In this document: piece by piece, positions 1 through 11,446 of the stretch | Layout of the letters: each line of letters starts with the position of its first letter | How positions within the stretch are numbered: position 1 is the first letter of the stretch | Assembly (NCBI GenBank): GCA_024638475.1 | Contig: JAHEKG010000003.1 | Span: forward strand, 1 to 41,759 | Reading direction: 5' to 3' | Source: Rhodospirillales bacterium | GTDB taxonomy: Bacteria > Pseudomonadota > Gammaproteobacteria > Steroidobacterales > JAHEKG01 | DNA: 41,759 bases | The notes under the pieces: model-generated | What the model was told of the DNA's origin: nothing | Seen by the model: only the letters and a program-made list of their open reading frames with translations | The model's database searches: none | Made by a program: the position numbers and the translations under genes

Positions 1-2439
1 CGTCGAAAAGCGGCCCGATGCAGCGGTATTGAGAATACTCATGCGCGTCCACGCCTCGGTGTCGACCCAAGTATCGTTGGCGCGCTGTTGTGCATTGACG
101 AAACTGCGGAAGTCGGCCGCCGTCATCCACGGGTCCGCGGGTTCCCGAATCGCGCGGATGATCGGGTCGAAAAGGCCCGGTTCAAATCGATTGAACTGCC
201 CGCTTTCGAGCAGGTGCATGACCCTGGAAAAATCCGCGTCGCCCTCGATAATCGCCTGCGGGTCATAGTGAGGGCGGAGGGCCTGGATCTCCTGGACGGT
301 CAACCCGAACAAGAAGAAGTTATCGTTGCCGACCGCCTCGCGGATTTCGACATTGGCGCCGTCGAGTGTGCCGACAGTTACCGCGCCGTTCATCATGAGT
401 TTCATGTTGCCCGTGCCGGAGGCCTCTTTGCCCGCGGTCGAAATCTGCTCGGAAATATCCGCTGCCGGGCAGATGATTTCCATGGCCGACACGTTGTAGT
501 CAGGATAGAAAACTAGGCGTAGCCGACCCTCCGTGAGCGGATCCCCATTGATGACGTGGGCGACGTTGTTGCAGAACTTAATGATGGTTTTCGCCATCTC
601 ATAGCCTGGCGCTGCTTTGCCGCCGATGATAGTCGCGCGGGGAGCGAGGTCGTCGCCGTCGCCTCGGGTGATGCGGTCATAGAGATGTATCACGTGCAGT
701 ACATTCAACAACTGGCGCTTGTATTCGTGAATTCGCTTCACCTGCACGTCGAAGATCATATCGACCGTCAGTTGCAACCCGGTTTTCTTTTCCAGTTTGC
801 GTGCCAGGCGCTGCTTGTTCTTGAGTTTCGCCGTGCGCCACGCTGTTTGGAAGTCACTGTCGCCCGCAAACGGGGCGAGCCTTTCCAGTTGCGACAGGTC
901 TTTGATCCAGCCATCGCCGATCTTGCTGGTAATCAATGCATTGAGGTCCGGGTTGCAAGCGGCGAGCCAACGGCGTTGGGTTACGCCGTTGGTCTTGTTA
1001 TTGAATTTGTGCGGCCACAGTTCGGCAAAATCGCGAAATAATCCTTCGGTTAGCAGTTGCGTGTGTAGCGCGGCTACGCCGTTCACCGAATAACTCCCGA
1101 CGATAGCCAGATAGGCCATGCGAATCATCGGCTCGCTGCCCTCTTGGATGAGCGACATACGTCGAATGCGGTCGTTATCGCCCGGCCATCGTAGTGCCAC
1201 TTCGGATACGAAGCGGGCATTGATCTCATAGATGATGTCGAGCAGCCGGGGCAGCAAGCGCCGAAACATCGCAACCGGCCAAAGTTCGAGAGCCTCGGGC
1301 AGCAAGGTGTGGTTCGTGTACGCCATGGTTTGCGTCGTGATGTCCCAGGCTCGATCCCAGCTTAAATGATGCTCGTCAATCAACAAGCGCATGAGTTCGG
1401 CGACCGATACCGCCGGATGCGTGTCATTCAGTTGAAAGACGTGTTTGGCAGCGAACTCATCAAAATCTTCTCCGTGACCCTTGATCCACTCCCTGAGAAT
1501 GTCCTGCAGGCTCGCCGACGCCAGAAAATATTGCTGGCGCAAGCGAAGCTCCTGACCGTTTTCGGTGGCGGCATTCGGATACAACACCATCGTAATATTC
1601 TCGGCGGCGTTCTTGGAGGCAACGGCGTCTGCATAACTCCCGGCGTTGAATTCCTCCAGGTCGAACGCGTCCGTTGCCGCCGCCGACCAAAGACGCAACG
1701 TATTTACGACATCGTTCCGATAGCCCGGCACGGGAATGTCATAGGGAATGGCGAGCACGTCATGGGTATCGACCCAGCGGTAGCGGGTTTCGCCGGTGGG
1801 GTCAGTAGAGGTTGTCGAATGACCGCCAAATTTTACCGTCTGCGTATATTCGAACCGCTCTACTTCCCAGGGGAAGCCCTCGCGCAACCAGGCATCGGGT
1901 TCTTCCACTTGATAGCCGTTCTCGATCCGCTGGTGGAACATGCCATAGTGATAGCGAATGCCGTAACCAGTAACGGGTAGGGCGAGCGTAGCGCAACTAT
2001 CGAGAAAGCACGCCGCCAGTCGCCCGAGGCCGCCGTTGCCCAGACCAGTGTCCCACTCGCGATCGTAGATGTCCTCGAGTTCGAGGCCGATGCGGTTCAG
2101 CGCCTCCCGTGTTTCGGCTTCGATGCCAAGATTAATCAGTGCGTTGCGCAGCAGCCGACCCATGAGAAATTCGAGCGACAGGTAAGCGGTGCGGCGGCCG
2201 TCATCGCGGGCCTTGGTCATGCGAGTTCTTGCCCAGCGTTCCATAAGACGATCGCGGGCCGCAAACACGACCGATTGGTACAGAAAAGGCGACTTCGTCT
2301 GAATCGTGCGGCGGCCGAGCATGCGGCCGAAATAGTGGGTGAAATCCGCGAGGATCGCATCGGTGGTCATCGGCAGATCGGGCGCCTGCAGTAGCTCGAT
2401 ATCGCCGATCCCGGCCTCGTTGTCAGTTTGTGCGGACAT
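1..2439 (-). CDS. glgP: Glycogen/starch/alpha-glucan phosphorylase; 3' end lies outside the window
   Basis: Manual translation from ATG at 2439 (GGAG upstream) gives [10 protein letters not shown]...[12 protein letters not shown]...[17 protein letters not shown]...ELRLRQQYF...EASGTGNMK (PLP lysine motif)...SGRFST at position 1. Missing from the ORF track because it has no stop in the window. Confidence 0.97.
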   Translation of the reverse strand, partial: MSAQTDNEAGIGDIELLQAPDLPMTTDAILADFTHYFGRMLGRRTIQTKSPFLYQSVVFAARDRLMERWARTRMTKARDDGRRTAYLSLEFLMGRLLRNALINLGIEAETREALNRIGLELEDIYDREWDTGLGNGGLGRLAACFLDSCATLALPVTGYGIRYHYGMFHQRIENGYQVEEPDAWLREGFPWEVERFEYTQTVKFGGHSTTSTDPTGETRYRWVDTHDVLAIPYDIPVPGYRNDVVNTLRLWSAAATDAFDLEEFNAGSYADAVASKNAAENITMVLYPNAATENGQELRLRQQYFLASASLQDILREWIKGHGEDFDEFAAKHVFQLNDTHPAVSVAELMRLLIDEHHLSWDRAWDITTQTMAYTNHTLLPEALELWPVAMFRRLLPRLLDIIYEINARFVSEVALRWPGDNDRIRRMSLIQEGSEPMIRMAYLAIVGSYSVNGVAALHTQLLTEGLFRDFAELWPHKFNNKTNGVTQRRWLAACNPDLNALITSKIGDGWIKDLSQLERLAPFAGDSDFQTAWRTAKLKNKQRLARKLEKKTGLQLTVDMIFDVQVKRIHEYKRQLLNVLHVIHLYDRITRGDGDDLAPRATIIGGKAAPGYEMAKTIIKFCNNVAHVINGDPLTEGRLRLVFYPDYNVSAMEIICPAADISEQISTAGKEASGTGNMKLMMNGAVTVGTLDGANVEIREAVGNDNFFLFGLTVQEIQALRPHYDPQAIIEGDADFSRVMHLLESGQFNRFEPGLFDPIIRAIREPADPWMTAADFRSFVNAQQRANDTWVDTEAWTRMSILNTAASGRFST

Positions 2440-4639
2440 TGACGTCTCCAGCCCGATCGGCGGGCTTCAGTAGCAGCGTTGCCAGCGGCGGTAATTGTAA
2501 TGCAATGGAGTACGGCCGTCCGTGACTTGGTACCGTCTCGGCCGTAACCAGGCCGTTCCCGAGGCCGCTACCACCATAGCGCTCGTCATCCGTGTTGATC
2601 GCTTCGCGGAAATCGAGTCGATCCGGTACACCGATTCGAAAATCGTGCCGCACGACGGGTGTCAAGTTACTGACGCAAATGACATAGCCGCCGTGCTTGT
2701 CGCGGCGTAACCAAGACAGCACGCTGTTATTGCGGTCGTTATGATCGATCCACTCGAATCCGGCATGCGAAAAGTCGACTTCGTACAGAGCGGGTAGGGA
2801 CCTGTAGGTCGCGTTGAGATCACGCACAAGCGTTTGTATTTGCCGGTGGGGCGCGAACTCGAGTAAGTGCCAGTCGAGCGACCGATCGTGGTTCCACTCG
2901 CTGCGTTGCGCCAGTTCACCCCCCATAAACAACAGTTTCTTGCCAGGGTGCGCATACAGAACACCGTAGTAGGCGCGCAGGTTCGCGAATTTCTGCCAAT
3001 CGTCGCCGGGCATGCGTTCCAGCAACGAGCGTTTACCGTGTACGACCTCATCGTGCGACAAGGGCAGCACGAAGTTTTCGTTGTACGCGTATACCATGCC
3101 GAAAGTCATCTTGTCGTGATGATGTTTGCGATGCACCGGATCCTCGCCCATGTAAGCCAGGGTATCGTTCATCCACCCCATGTTCCATTTAAACGTAAAG
3201 CCCAACCCGCCCCCATCCACGGGGCGCGAAACGCCGGGCCAGGCCGTCGACTCTTCGGCAAAGCTTATGGCGCCATGTGCATGTAATTCGGTATTGAGGT
3301 ACTTCAAGAACGCGACGGCTTCTAGATTTTCGTTGCCGCCGTATTGGTTAGGGATCCATTCACCCTCTTCGCGGGAGTAGTCCAGGTACAACATCGATGC
3401 GACGGCATCGACGCGCAAGGCGTCGACGTGAAACTCGTTAATCCAATACAGCGCATTGCCCATGAGGTAGTTGACGACCTCGCGACGGCCGAAATTAAAA
3501 ACATAAGTACCCCAGTCGGCGTGCTGCCCCATGCGCGGATCGGCATGCTCGTAGAGGGAGGTACCGTCGAAGCGTGCCAGGCCGTGTTCATCCTTGGGGA
3601 AATGTGCGGGCACCCAATCGATGATGACGCCGAGGTCGGCCGCATGGCAGCGGTCGACGAGATAACGAAAATCGTCGGGGTCGCCAAACCGCTGCGTCGG
3701 GGCAAACATGCCGATGGGCTGATAGCCCCAGGATCCGTCGAACGGATGCTCCGACACCGGCAGGAGTTCGATGTGTGTAAACCCTTGCTCGACAACGTAG
3801 GCGACCAGCTCGTCGGCCAGCTCGCGATAGGTCAGAAAGCGGTTGCCTTCGCCTCGCCGCCAGGAGCCAAGATGCACTTCGTAGATACTATACGGCGCCG
3901 CCAAATCCGGCCCGCGACGGCGGCGACTCATCCAGGCATCGTCCTGCCACTGGTATGTGCTGTCGAAAACGATCGAGGCATTACCGGGTGGCGCCTCGAA
4001 ATAGGTGCCGAACGGATCGGCCTTCAAAGGCAGCAGGGTGCCATTGCGGTCGAGTACTTCGTACTTGTACCTGCTGCCCTTGCCCACTTCGGGGACAAAA
4101 ATCTCCCAGATGCCATTGCCCGGATGCAAGCGCATGACATGGCAGCGCCCGTCCCAAGCGTTAAAGTCGCCGACGACGCTCACACGGGACGCGTTTGGCG
4201 CCCAGACGGCAAAACGCGTGCCGTGAATGCCTTGAATCGGTCGTTGGTGCGCGCCGAGCTTGGTGTAGATCTTCTTGTCGGAGCCCTCGCCCAGCAGATA
4301 CAGGTCGACGTCACCCAGCGTTGACGGAAACCGATAGCAATCCTCTATCGTTCTCGTATTGCCGTCTTCGTATGTGATGCGCAATGCGTAGCGCCGCTTG
4401 CGCGCGGGCATTTCTCCGATGAACAAGCTACTCGTGCGGACACGCAGCATGCTGGCGAGCCTGTCGCCGCCGGCATCCACCAATTCGATTTGCTTCGCGC
4501 CCGGCTGGAAGGTTCGCACGACACGTCCGTCGCGACTCGGATGCAAACCGAGCACCGCGAACGGATCGTTGTGCCGCCCAGCCGCGATGGCGTCGAATTC
4601 CGCCCCGCGTTCGCGAATTTCTTTCTCAAAGACACTCAT
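2423..4639 (-). CDS. glgB: 1,4-alpha-glucan branching enzyme (GH13)
   Basis: Motifs [59 protein letters not shown]; 738 aa. Confidence 0.98.
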   Translation of the reverse strand: MSVFEKEIRERGAEFDAIAAGRHNDPFAVLGLHPSRDGRVVRTFQPGAKQIELVDAGGDRLASMLRVRTSSLFIGEMPARKRRYALRITYEDGNTRTIEDCYRFPSTLGDVDLYLLGEGSDKKIYTKLGAHQRPIQGIHGTRFAVWAPNASRVSVVGDFNAWDGRCHVMRLHPGNGIWEIFVPEVGKGSRYKYEVLDRNGTLLPLKADPFGTYFEAPPGNASIVFDSTYQWQDDAWMSRRRRGPDLAAPYSIYEVHLGSWRRGEGNRFLTYRELADELVAYVVEQGFTHIELLPVSEHPFDGSWGYQPIGMFAPTQRFGDPDDFRYLVDRCHAADLGVIIDWVPAHFPKDEHGLARFDGTSLYEHADPRMGQHADWGTYVFNFGRREVVNYLMGNALYWINEFHVDALRVDAVASMLYLDYSREEGEWIPNQYGGNENLEAVAFLKYLNTELHAHGAISFAEESTAWPGVSRPVDGGGLGFTFKWNMGWMNDTLAYMGEDPVHRKHHHDKMTFGMVYAYNENFVLPLSHDEVVHGKRSLLERMPGDDWQKFANLRAYYGVLYAHPGKKLLFMGGELAQRSEWNHDRSLDWHLLEFAPHRQIQTLVRDLNATYRSLPALYEVDFSHAGFEWIDHNDRNNSVLSWLRRDKHGGYVICVSNLTPVVRHDFRIGVPDRLDFREAINTDDERYGGSGLGNGLVTAETVPSHGRPYSIALQLPPLATLLLKPADRAGDVNVRTN

Positions 4640-6173
4640 AAACCGTCTCGATGTATTGCCGTGCCGAGGCGGACCACTCGAAGCGCTGACCGGCCGCCTG
4701 TTCCCGGAGCCGTCGCCACTGGCGGGGTTGGCGATCCCGCATGGTCAATGCGTTGGCGACGCATTCGACGAAGGCGGCGGACTGTTCCTGTGCCGTGTCG
4801 CCCCGGAAGACGAATCCCGACACGCCGTCTTGGACGGTGTCGGCCAGACCGCCAACGCCATGCACGACGCAGGGTTGGCCCTCGCGCATGGCCAGTAGTT
4901 GGCTGATACCGCACGGTTCGAAGGAGGACGGCATCAGGAACAGGTCCCCGGTACGGTATAACTCATTGCTCAGCGCTTCGGAATAGCCGCGGAAGTAGGT
5001 CATGTTCTCGTGGTCGGCCGCAATGGCTTCCAGCCGGCCCTCGTAGCGAGGCTCGCCGCTGCCGAGGAGAAAAAAATGCCCGCGACGGTCCAGTCTGTCT
5101 AGCACGGCTTCCAGTGCCGTGACACCGTCATTATCGGCCTCCAAAAGCAGGCGCATCTTTTGCTCGACGACCCGACCGACGCTCGTCAACACATGCGGCG
5201 GGCGCCGCCGCGGTAACTGGCCAAGCCGCTCCAGGGCCAGCCGATGCACGCTGGCGTCTGCTTCTGCCTTCCAAGCCCCGACCGTCGTTTTCGCCAGTTT
5301 AAGGAATTCGCCCCACGGCGCTGGTCGGGTCCTGGGCATCGAGTAGTCGCAACCGTTGAGTATCCCCGTCAGCCGGTGTTGCTCGGCGGCCGTGTTTAGA
5401 TCGCCTTCCAGGCCTTCGCCGCCGACGAAACCGCGTTCGGGATCGCTCTTACGAAGGATTTCTTTCGCATAGGTTGGCGACACCGTATTGATCCGGTCGG
5501 CTAACCGAATCGCCGCGGCCATCGGGTTGTAGCAATCGAATACGGGATCCGCAATTTGCTCGGGGGTGTAGTCGAGCCCCGGAAACCATTCGTCGAAAGC
5601 GGAGGAGTCGCCAGTGAACGGACGCTGGCCCTGATACGCAAGGTTGTGGATTGTGAGTACGGTGGGCGTCTGGCGTAGGCGTTCGAAGCTCGGTTCGAAC
5701 GCCCGCAGCGCCGCTACCGTGCCCGCATGCCAGTCGTGCAAGTGGATCGCGGCTGGTGTCGATTCGAGCGTCTCGACCCAGCTTGCTACGCCGGCGCTAA
5801 AAAACGCAAACTTGTTCGCATCCGTTGCGAATGGTCGATCATCGTCATCGCTGTGATAAATGACGCCCGGTTCGGTCGGCATAAATAAATTGTGATCAAG
5901 CACCAGACTCCGCACCGTGCCCACTGCACCGTGCACCTCCCACACATCCACTTTCTGGTTGATGCCTCGAAAGTTGCTTTGCAGCGAACCTAACGCGCGG
6001 GCGCCGGGGAGTTTCTGCAAGCTGCCGTACGACGGCGTTAGCACGGTGATTTGCAATCCGAGGTCGGCAAGCGCGGCGGGCAAGTCGCGAATAACGTCGC
6101 CGATTCCGCCCATCTTGCCGCCCGTCAGGGCTGCGTTTTCGGCGGCCACGAAAATGACTTCCTGGTTGTTGAT
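4626..6173 (-). CDS. glgA: Glycogen synthase (GT5). Start uncertain: first canonical start is GTG at 6149, but similarity extends upstream towards ATC at 6173
   Basis: Motifs (VIF)VAAEN...[60 protein letters not shown]; lies within the glg operon. Confidence 0.93.
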   Translation of the reverse strand: MNNQEVIFVAAENAALTGGKMGGIGDVIRDLPAALADLGLQITVLTPSYGSLQKLPGARALGSLQSNFRGINQKVDVWEVHGAVGTVRSLVLDHNLFMPTEPGVIYHSDDDDRPFATDANKFAFFSAGVASWVETLESTPAAIHLHDWHAGTVAALRAFEPSFERLRQTPTVLTIHNLAYQGQRPFTGDSSAFDEWFPGLDYTPEQIADPVFDCYNPMAAAIRLADRINTVSPTYAKEILRKSDPERGFVGGEGLEGDLNTAAEQHRLTGILNGCDYSMPRTRPAPWGEFLKLAKTTVGAWKAEADASVHRLALERLGQLPRRRPPHVLTSVGRVVEQKMRLLLEADNDGVTALEAVLDRLDRRGHFFLLGSGEPRYEGRLEAIAADHENMTYFRGYSEALSNELYRTGDLFLMPSSFEPCGISQLLAMREGQPCVVHGVGGLADTVQDGVSGFVFRGDTAQEQSAAFVECVANALTMRDRQPRQWRRLREQAAGQRFEWSASARQYIETVYECL

Positions 6174-6185
6174 GGTGCGCGCCTA

Positions 6186-7463
6186 CTAGCGTGTGAAATG
6201 CAGCTCTTGCCCCAGCATATCGGGGGTGACTAAGGTGATGCCTTTGTCGGTGATACGAAAACCGCGTTCCCGGTCGGCGTCGGGGTCGACGCCGATTTCG
6301 GTACCGGCTGGGATCGTCGCACCGCGGTCGATGATTGCGCGTTTGATATGGCATTTCTCACCGATCTCGACATCCGGCAGCACCAGCGACTCGGTCACTT
6401 CGCCATAGGGCTCGATGCGCGATCGGGAGAAAAATAGAGAGTTCCTAACCGTACTTCCCGATATCACGCAGTCGCCCGAAACCAGTGACTGAATCGCCTG
6501 GCCGCGCCGGCCGTCGTCGTCGAAAACGAACTTCGCCGGAGCCGATTGCCACTGATGGGTGGTGATCGGCCACCTGCGGTCGTACATGTTGAGCTGCGGC
6601 GTTACCGACGCGAGTTCCATGTTCGCTTCCCAATACGCATCCAGGGTACCGACGTCCCGCCAATAAGCCTGTTCGCCCGTGTCAGGGTCCCGGAACGGGT
6701 AGGCATATACCCGGTAGTGGTCGATGATCGAAGGAATCACGTCCTTGCCGAAGTCGTGACTGGTGCCGGGGGTATCGGCGTCCTTGATGACTTGTTCGTA
6801 GAGGAATCCCGTATTGAAAACATAGTTGCCCATGGACGCCATGCAGATCCCGGGCCGGCCCGGGATCGAGTTGGGTTGTTGGGGTTTTTCGTCGAAACCG
6901 ATAATGCGCCCGGATTCATCCACGGTCATCACGCCGAGTTGGCCCGCGGCTTCCTCGACCGGCACCTCGATACAGCAGATAGTCATGTCCGCGTTTTTCT
7001 CCGCGTGGGCTGCTATGAACGGGCCGTAGTCCATCTTGTAAATGTGATCACCCGCGAGAATCAGGACATAGCCCGGCGAGTGGGTGCGGATGATGTCCAG
7101 GTTTTGATAAATCGCGTCGGCAGTGCCGCGGTACCATTCCCCGCCGATGCGCTGCGATGCGGGTAGGATCTCGACGAACTCACGCTGCGAGGGTTGGAAG
7201 GTCGTCCAGCCATTCACGAGATGCCGAATCAGCGAGTGAGCCTTGTATTGGGTGAGGATGCCGATCCGGCGTACGCCGGAGTTGATGCAATTCGATAGGG
7301 GAAAATCAATGATGCGGAACTTGCCGCCGAAATACAGTGCCGGCTTCGCACGCCAAGCGGTCAGTTCGTACAAACGCGACCCCTGGCCGCCGGCGAGGAT
7401 CAACGCAATCGTATCCCTCGTTAGTCGGCTGACAAAGCGGCCATCGTCGGTGTTATTTGCCAT
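6186..7463 (-). CDS. glgC: Glucose-1-phosphate adenylyltransferase (ADP-glucose pyrophosphorylase)
   Basis: Motifs [55 protein letters not shown]. Confidence 0.98.
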   Translation of the reverse strand: MANNTDDGRFVSRLTRDTIALILAGGQGSRLYELTAWRAKPALYFGGKFRIIDFPLSNCINSGVRRIGILTQYKAHSLIRHLVNGWTTFQPSQREFVEILPASQRIGGEWYRGTADAIYQNLDIIRTHSPGYVLILAGDHIYKMDYGPFIAAHAEKNADMTICCIEVPVEEAAGQLGVMTVDESGRIIGFDEKPQQPNSIPGRPGICMASMGNYVFNTGFLYEQVIKDADTPGTSHDFGKDVIPSIIDHYRVYAYPFRDPDTGEQAYWRDVGTLDAYWEANMELASVTPQLNMYDRRWPITTHQWQSAPAKFVFDDDGRRGQAIQSLVSGDCVISGSTVRNSLFFSRSRIEPYGEVTESLVLPDVEIGEKCHIKRAIIDRGATIPAGTEIGVDPDADRERGFRITDKGITLVTPDMLGQELHFTR

Positions 7464-9006
7464 GGGGGGATTCTCTTCCGGAAGCGGTTACGGCATTAGC
7501 GACATTGTCGCAGACTTCGTCCGTTAATTGGGGGGCGGTCACGCGCCAACGCCAGTTGCCATGCAGCGTTCCCGGGGTGTTGAGACGCGCCTCGGTTCCC
7601 AACCCGAGATAATCCTGCAGCGGCGCAATGGCCAACTGCGCGTCGGTCGAGAATGCCGCTTTCACCAGATCCATGGCGACAGTTGCGGGTGTTCCGCGAG
7701 TCAGTGTCAGGACGGCAGTCTGGGCCCGGCGAATCTCGTCGGCCGAACGGGTGTCTCGGTCGCCGCCGTTAAACCAGCCTACCGTCGTGTCGTTATCGTG
7801 GGTCCCGGTATAGCATACGCAATCCACCGGCACCTGCGATAACGCAAACTCCGGCTCGCACACCGCGAATTGCAGGACGACCATGCCGGGAAGGTGGTGC
7901 CGGCTGCGTAGGGATTCGACCTCGGGCGTGATGACGCCAAGATTTTCGGCGACGATCGGCAGCGACCCGAGCGCGCCTCGTACGGCCTCGAAGAACTTGT
8001 CGCCCGGCCCGGGCTCCCACTTGCCGTCGCGCGCCGTCGCGCTGTCCGCAGCGACGGACCAGTACGATTCGAAGCCGCGAAAATGGTCGATGCGGACGAT
8101 ATCGGCGCACTCCGCAGCCGCGCGCAGCCGCGCGATCCACCAGGCGTACCCCGTGGCTTCGTGTCTTGGCCAGTCGTAGAGTGGGTTGCCCCACAGTTGC
8201 CCTTCGTCGCTGAAGTAGTCCGGGGGGACGCCCGCCACGGCTTCCGGCCGGCCGGCGGCATCCATGCGCAGCAATGCGTCCCCGGTCCAGGCGTCGGCAC
8301 TATCCAACGCGACGTAGATCGGCAGATCGCCGAATAACCGTACTCCGTTTTCCTTGGCGTACTCTCGTAGCCGCCGCCATTGCGCGTAGAACAGGAACTG
8401 TAGGACCTCGATGGCGCGGATGTCTCCCGCGCGCGCAGCTTCTATCGACCGAAGTGCGGCTGCGTCGCGACGGCCGTACTGCGTTGCCCACTCGGGCCAC
8501 GGCCGTTGATCGTGCGCGGCCTTTAAAAGGCGAAACAGCGCATAGTCACGCAGCCAGTTTGCGTGGTGCTGTTCGCGAAAGGCATCGAATTCCGACTTGA
8601 GTTCCGCACTCGCCCGCGTTTCGAAGCGGCTTGCCGCGCGTGCCAGCAGCCGCGTCTTGACGGGGATCAGGCGGCCGTAGTCCACACATGTCGCCGGCAA
8701 GTCGGCTAGGGGCGATAGTTCGCCTCGGCGCAGCAGGCCTTCGGCTGTGAGTTCGTGGAGATCGATGAGCATTTCGTTGCCGGCGAACGAAGACAGCAGT
8801 TGGTAGGGCGAGTCGCCGTAGCCGGTGGGGCCCAGCGGCAGGAACTGCCAGACACCGAGCCGCATGCGTCTGAGCGTGTCGATGAATGCGCATGCCGGTG
8901 CGCCAATCCCGCCGATCCCATGGGGGCCCGGCAGTGAGGTCATAGGCAGGCAGACGCCCGCCTCACGGATTGGCGGTACATGCGCGTTGGTCTTGTCGAT
9001 TGTCAC
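7453..9006 (-). CDS. malQ: 4-alpha-glucanotransferase (amylomaltase, GH77)
   Basis: Motifs [63 protein letters not shown]. Confidence 0.96.
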   Translation of the reverse strand: MTIDKTNAHVPPIREAGVCLPMTSLPGPHGIGGIGAPACAFIDTLRRMRLGVWQFLPLGPTGYGDSPYQLLSSFAGNEMLIDLHELTAEGLLRRGELSPLADLPATCVDYGRLIPVKTRLLARAASRFETRASAELKSEFDAFREQHHANWLRDYALFRLLKAAHDQRPWPEWATQYGRRDAAALRSIEAARAGDIRAIEVLQFLFYAQWRRLREYAKENGVRLFGDLPIYVALDSADAWTGDALLRMDAAGRPEAVAGVPPDYFSDEGQLWGNPLYDWPRHEATGYAWWIARLRAAAECADIVRIDHFRGFESYWSVAADSATARDGKWEPGPGDKFFEAVRGALGSLPIVAENLGVITPEVESLRSRHHLPGMVVLQFAVCEPEFALSQVPVDCVCYTGTHDNDTTVGWFNGGDRDTRSADEIRRAQTAVLTLTRGTPATVAMDLVKAAFSTDAQLAIAPLQDYLGLGTEARLNTPGTLHGNWRWRVTAPQLTDEVCDNVANAVTASGRESPHGK

Positions 9007-9112
9007 GTGTGGTTGAGCCGACGTTAAGTTAACTGTCGCCGAATTGAGACGCTTGCAGCGTAACCTAGGCCTGTTACATTGTCAGATCGTTTTTCGCAAG
9101 GTCGAACAGTCT

Positions 9113-10459
9113 ATGAGCGCCATTCACAAAACTTTGCCGGTGTCCCTGTTAGCCGGGCTCGCACTAATTGGGCTGAGCAGTTGCGGGTCTTCCGGTGATG
9201 CGCCACCGGCGGCCGCCGCGCCGCCTCCGCCTGCCATGGCGAAGGTGGCGGTGTTGTTCACGGATGCACCGACCGATGAATTCAGCGCCATCCGCCTGGA
9301 TGTCGTCGAGGCGCGCCTGATCGGCGGTGGCGCGGATCAGGTGTTGTTCCAGGGTCAGGAGCCGATAGATCTCTTGGACCTGACCAACTATAGCGAGCCG
9401 GTCGTGTTTGGCGAGGTGGAGCCGGGGACCTATACGAAGCTGCGACTCCTCATCGACAATCTGGAGCTGGAGCCGAAGGATGGCAGCCCGTCCATTTTTC
9501 CGGCGCTGCCGGCAAACGGCAAGATCGATTTGCTGGACCCCAACGGTTTCGACGTCCGAGCCGGGCGTTCACTGATGATCGAGATTGACATGGATGCCAA
9601 CAAGGCCATCAAGATCACTAAAGCCGGTAACAGCAACCGGTACAAATTTCGTCCGGTCGTGAAGGTCAACATCATCGATACCGGGCTGCCGGATAAGTTG
9701 GCCCGGCTCGAGGGGTCCGTCAGCCAGATTTTTGCGGATCCGGCCGGCAGCTTCGAGCTTTGCGATCTCGACTCGCCGGACAGTTGCGTCGACGTCACGA
9801 CGGATTCGAACACGAGCGTCTTCGACGATGAGGGTCTGGCTACCGATGTTGCCAACCTGACGGTGGACGACATGGTGGTCGTGATTGGTCAGTATGCGGC
9901 GGACGACGACATCGTTCTCAATGCGGTGGTCATCGAGATTGGCGGCAACGCCGAGCAGGTCAAGGCGAACGTCGTCAGCAATCCGGTCGCTAACGAGTTC
10001 CTGGTCATTACCGAGGATGGCATGAGCCTCACCATTGAAACCCAAGCGGAAACCAAATATTTCGATGCCAACGGCGCAATTGGAGCGGGGGCCATCGTGC
10101 TCGGCGTGGATGTGGAAATCGAAGGGGTCAAACCGCCCAAAGCCGATCCGATGGATCCGGATGTCATGCGTGCGGCATTGGTGTTTCTCGAGGCCGACGC
10201 CGACGAGCAAATTAGCGGTACCATCAGCGACCCCTTAGACAGCGCGACGCGCAGCTTTGGCCTCATGTTGACGGGGGGCGGGGACACCTGTGTGCGAGTG
10301 GACGCCGATGCCGACATCCTGCTCGTCGACACGGCGGCTTCCGAGGTCACGATGGGCGACTTCGATGACCTCAGTGTGTCGCAGGCCGTGGAGTTGTTCG
10401 GCGTGACGGCGGTCGACAGTTGTTTCGATGCCAACGAGGTGATTGTCGAGCTTCCCTAA
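9113..10459 (+). CDS. Lipoprotein with a DUF4382-like N-terminal domain and repeated DUF5666-like beta domains
   Basis: ATG at 9113 gives a signal peptide with lipobox LSSC and a Pro/Ala linker, then LFTDAP...IDLLDL...PGTYTKLRL...IDMDANKAI...YKFRPVV. Three repeated acidic segments follow, each ending in a pattern like 'V.V.G...l.A..I.I'. Confidence 0.75.
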   Translation: MSAIHKTLPVSLLAGLALIGLSSCGSSGDAPPAAAAPPPPAMAKVAVLFTDAPTDEFSAIRLDVVEARLIGGGADQVLFQGQEPIDLLDLTNYSEPVVFGEVEPGTYTKLRLLIDNLELEPKDGSPSIFPALPANGKIDLLDPNGFDVRAGRSLMIEIDMDANKAIKITKAGNSNRYKFRPVVKVNIIDTGLPDKLARLEGSVSQIFADPAGSFELCDLDSPDSCVDVTTDSNTSVFDDEGLATDVANLTVDDMVVVIGQYAADDDIVLNAVVIEIGGNAEQVKANVVSNPVANEFLVITEDGMSLTIETQAETKYFDANGAIGAGAIVLGVDVEIEGVKPPKADPMDPDVMRAALVFLEADADEQISGTISDPLDSATRSFGLMLTGGGDTCVRVDADADILLVDTAASEVTMGDFDDLSVSQAVELFGVTAVDSCFDANEVIVELP

Positions 10460-10555
10460 GGCCGGCGCGCTGGCTCGCGCACCTAACGCCTTTGGCTCTC
10501 GCTTCCGGCGTCGACTATCATGGGCGAGTTCCATGACTAGCTAGCGAGCAATGCA

Positions 10556-11446
10556 ATGACCAGTGCCGCGTGGCTCCGGCAGTTTTACCGCAGGCCCTGG
10601 GTCGGGTTGTCGGCATTGGTGGTGGTTTTCTTGGCGCTTCCACTGACCCATAGCATCACCGTGTTGGTCAACCGCACGGTGGGTCGCGAAGACAGCCTAC
10701 TCGTGTTGTTCCCAATCGGCCTGATCGCGCTGATTGCGCTGGTGGCGGGTATCCGCCGTAACCGGGAAGTCAGCGGCACGTTGTTGGGGTTCCTCACGGG
10801 TTATTTGCTCTGGACCGGGTGGGCCAGCTATGCCTTTCGGTTCAACGAGATCAGCTTGAACATGCCAATGGCGGTCTTGGAGGAAGGTGCGCGCCGACCG
10901 GTACACCTGCTGTTCATCCAAGGGTCCTTTGGCATCTGTGTCGTCACGCTGCTGTACTTCGTTTTCGATCGCAACACGCGCTGCAGCGCTTTCATGTGGA
11001 TACAGCGTGTGCTGCGCTTGGGTTTCGGCAAAGCCGACAGCGCACAGCAGCGCAACTATTGCCGGGTCACGTTTATCGAAACCGTTTATGTCATTTGGTT
11101 TTGCTATGCGCTGTCGCTGTTTTTGGGCGATCCCCGTTTCCTCGGCTACGACCACCCGGTGACCTACGGCGTCCTAGCCGTACTGCTCGGCTGGGGAAGC
11201 TACCTGCTTTGGCGGTTGCTTAAGTTTTCGCGTCTCATGGCGGCGATTCGCTATGCGATTCCAACGAAAGCGTTATTCTGGATTCCCGTCGGCGAATTTT
11301 TTCCGCGCTACGGATTTTACGAAGAGTTTTGGCTGCGGCCTTGGGCGCACAAGGGGCCGATGCTGGCGGTGCTCGGGGTTTTCCTCGTGCTGCTGATCGC
11401 AAGCCCGTTGTTGCCTCAGCGCAAGGCCACGGGTGACGGCGCTTGA
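10556..11446 (+). CDS. Hypothetical integral membrane protein (about 8 hydrophobic segments)
   Basis: 296-aa hydrophobic ORF; its TGA stop overlaps the TTG start of the amidase (TTGA). Confidence 0.75.
   Translation: MTSAAWLRQFYRRPWVGLSALVVVFLALPLTHSITVLVNRTVGREDSLLVLFPIGLIALIALVAGIRRNREVSGTLLGFLTGYLLWTGWASYAFRFNEISLNMPMAVLEEGARRPVHLLFIQGSFGICVVTLLYFVFDRNTRCSAFMWIQRVLRLGFGKADSAQQRNYCRVTFIETVYVIWFCYALSLFLGDPRFLGYDHPVTYGVLAVLLGWGSYLLWRLLKFSRLMAAIRYAIPTKALFWIPVGEFFPRYGFYEEFWLRPWAHKGPMLAVLGVFLVLLIASPLLPQRKATGDGA

Noticed and set aside
29-1996. Several ORFs of 64-204 aa in the track, mostly on the plus strand
   Set aside because: They are antisense or off-frame shadows of glgP, which occupies 1-2439 on the minus strand.
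6183-6188. GlgC-GlgA readthrough fusion or recoded TAG
   Set aside because: There are two consecutive TAG codons, and TAG serves as a normal stop elsewhere in the window (amidase, ocd, arginase).
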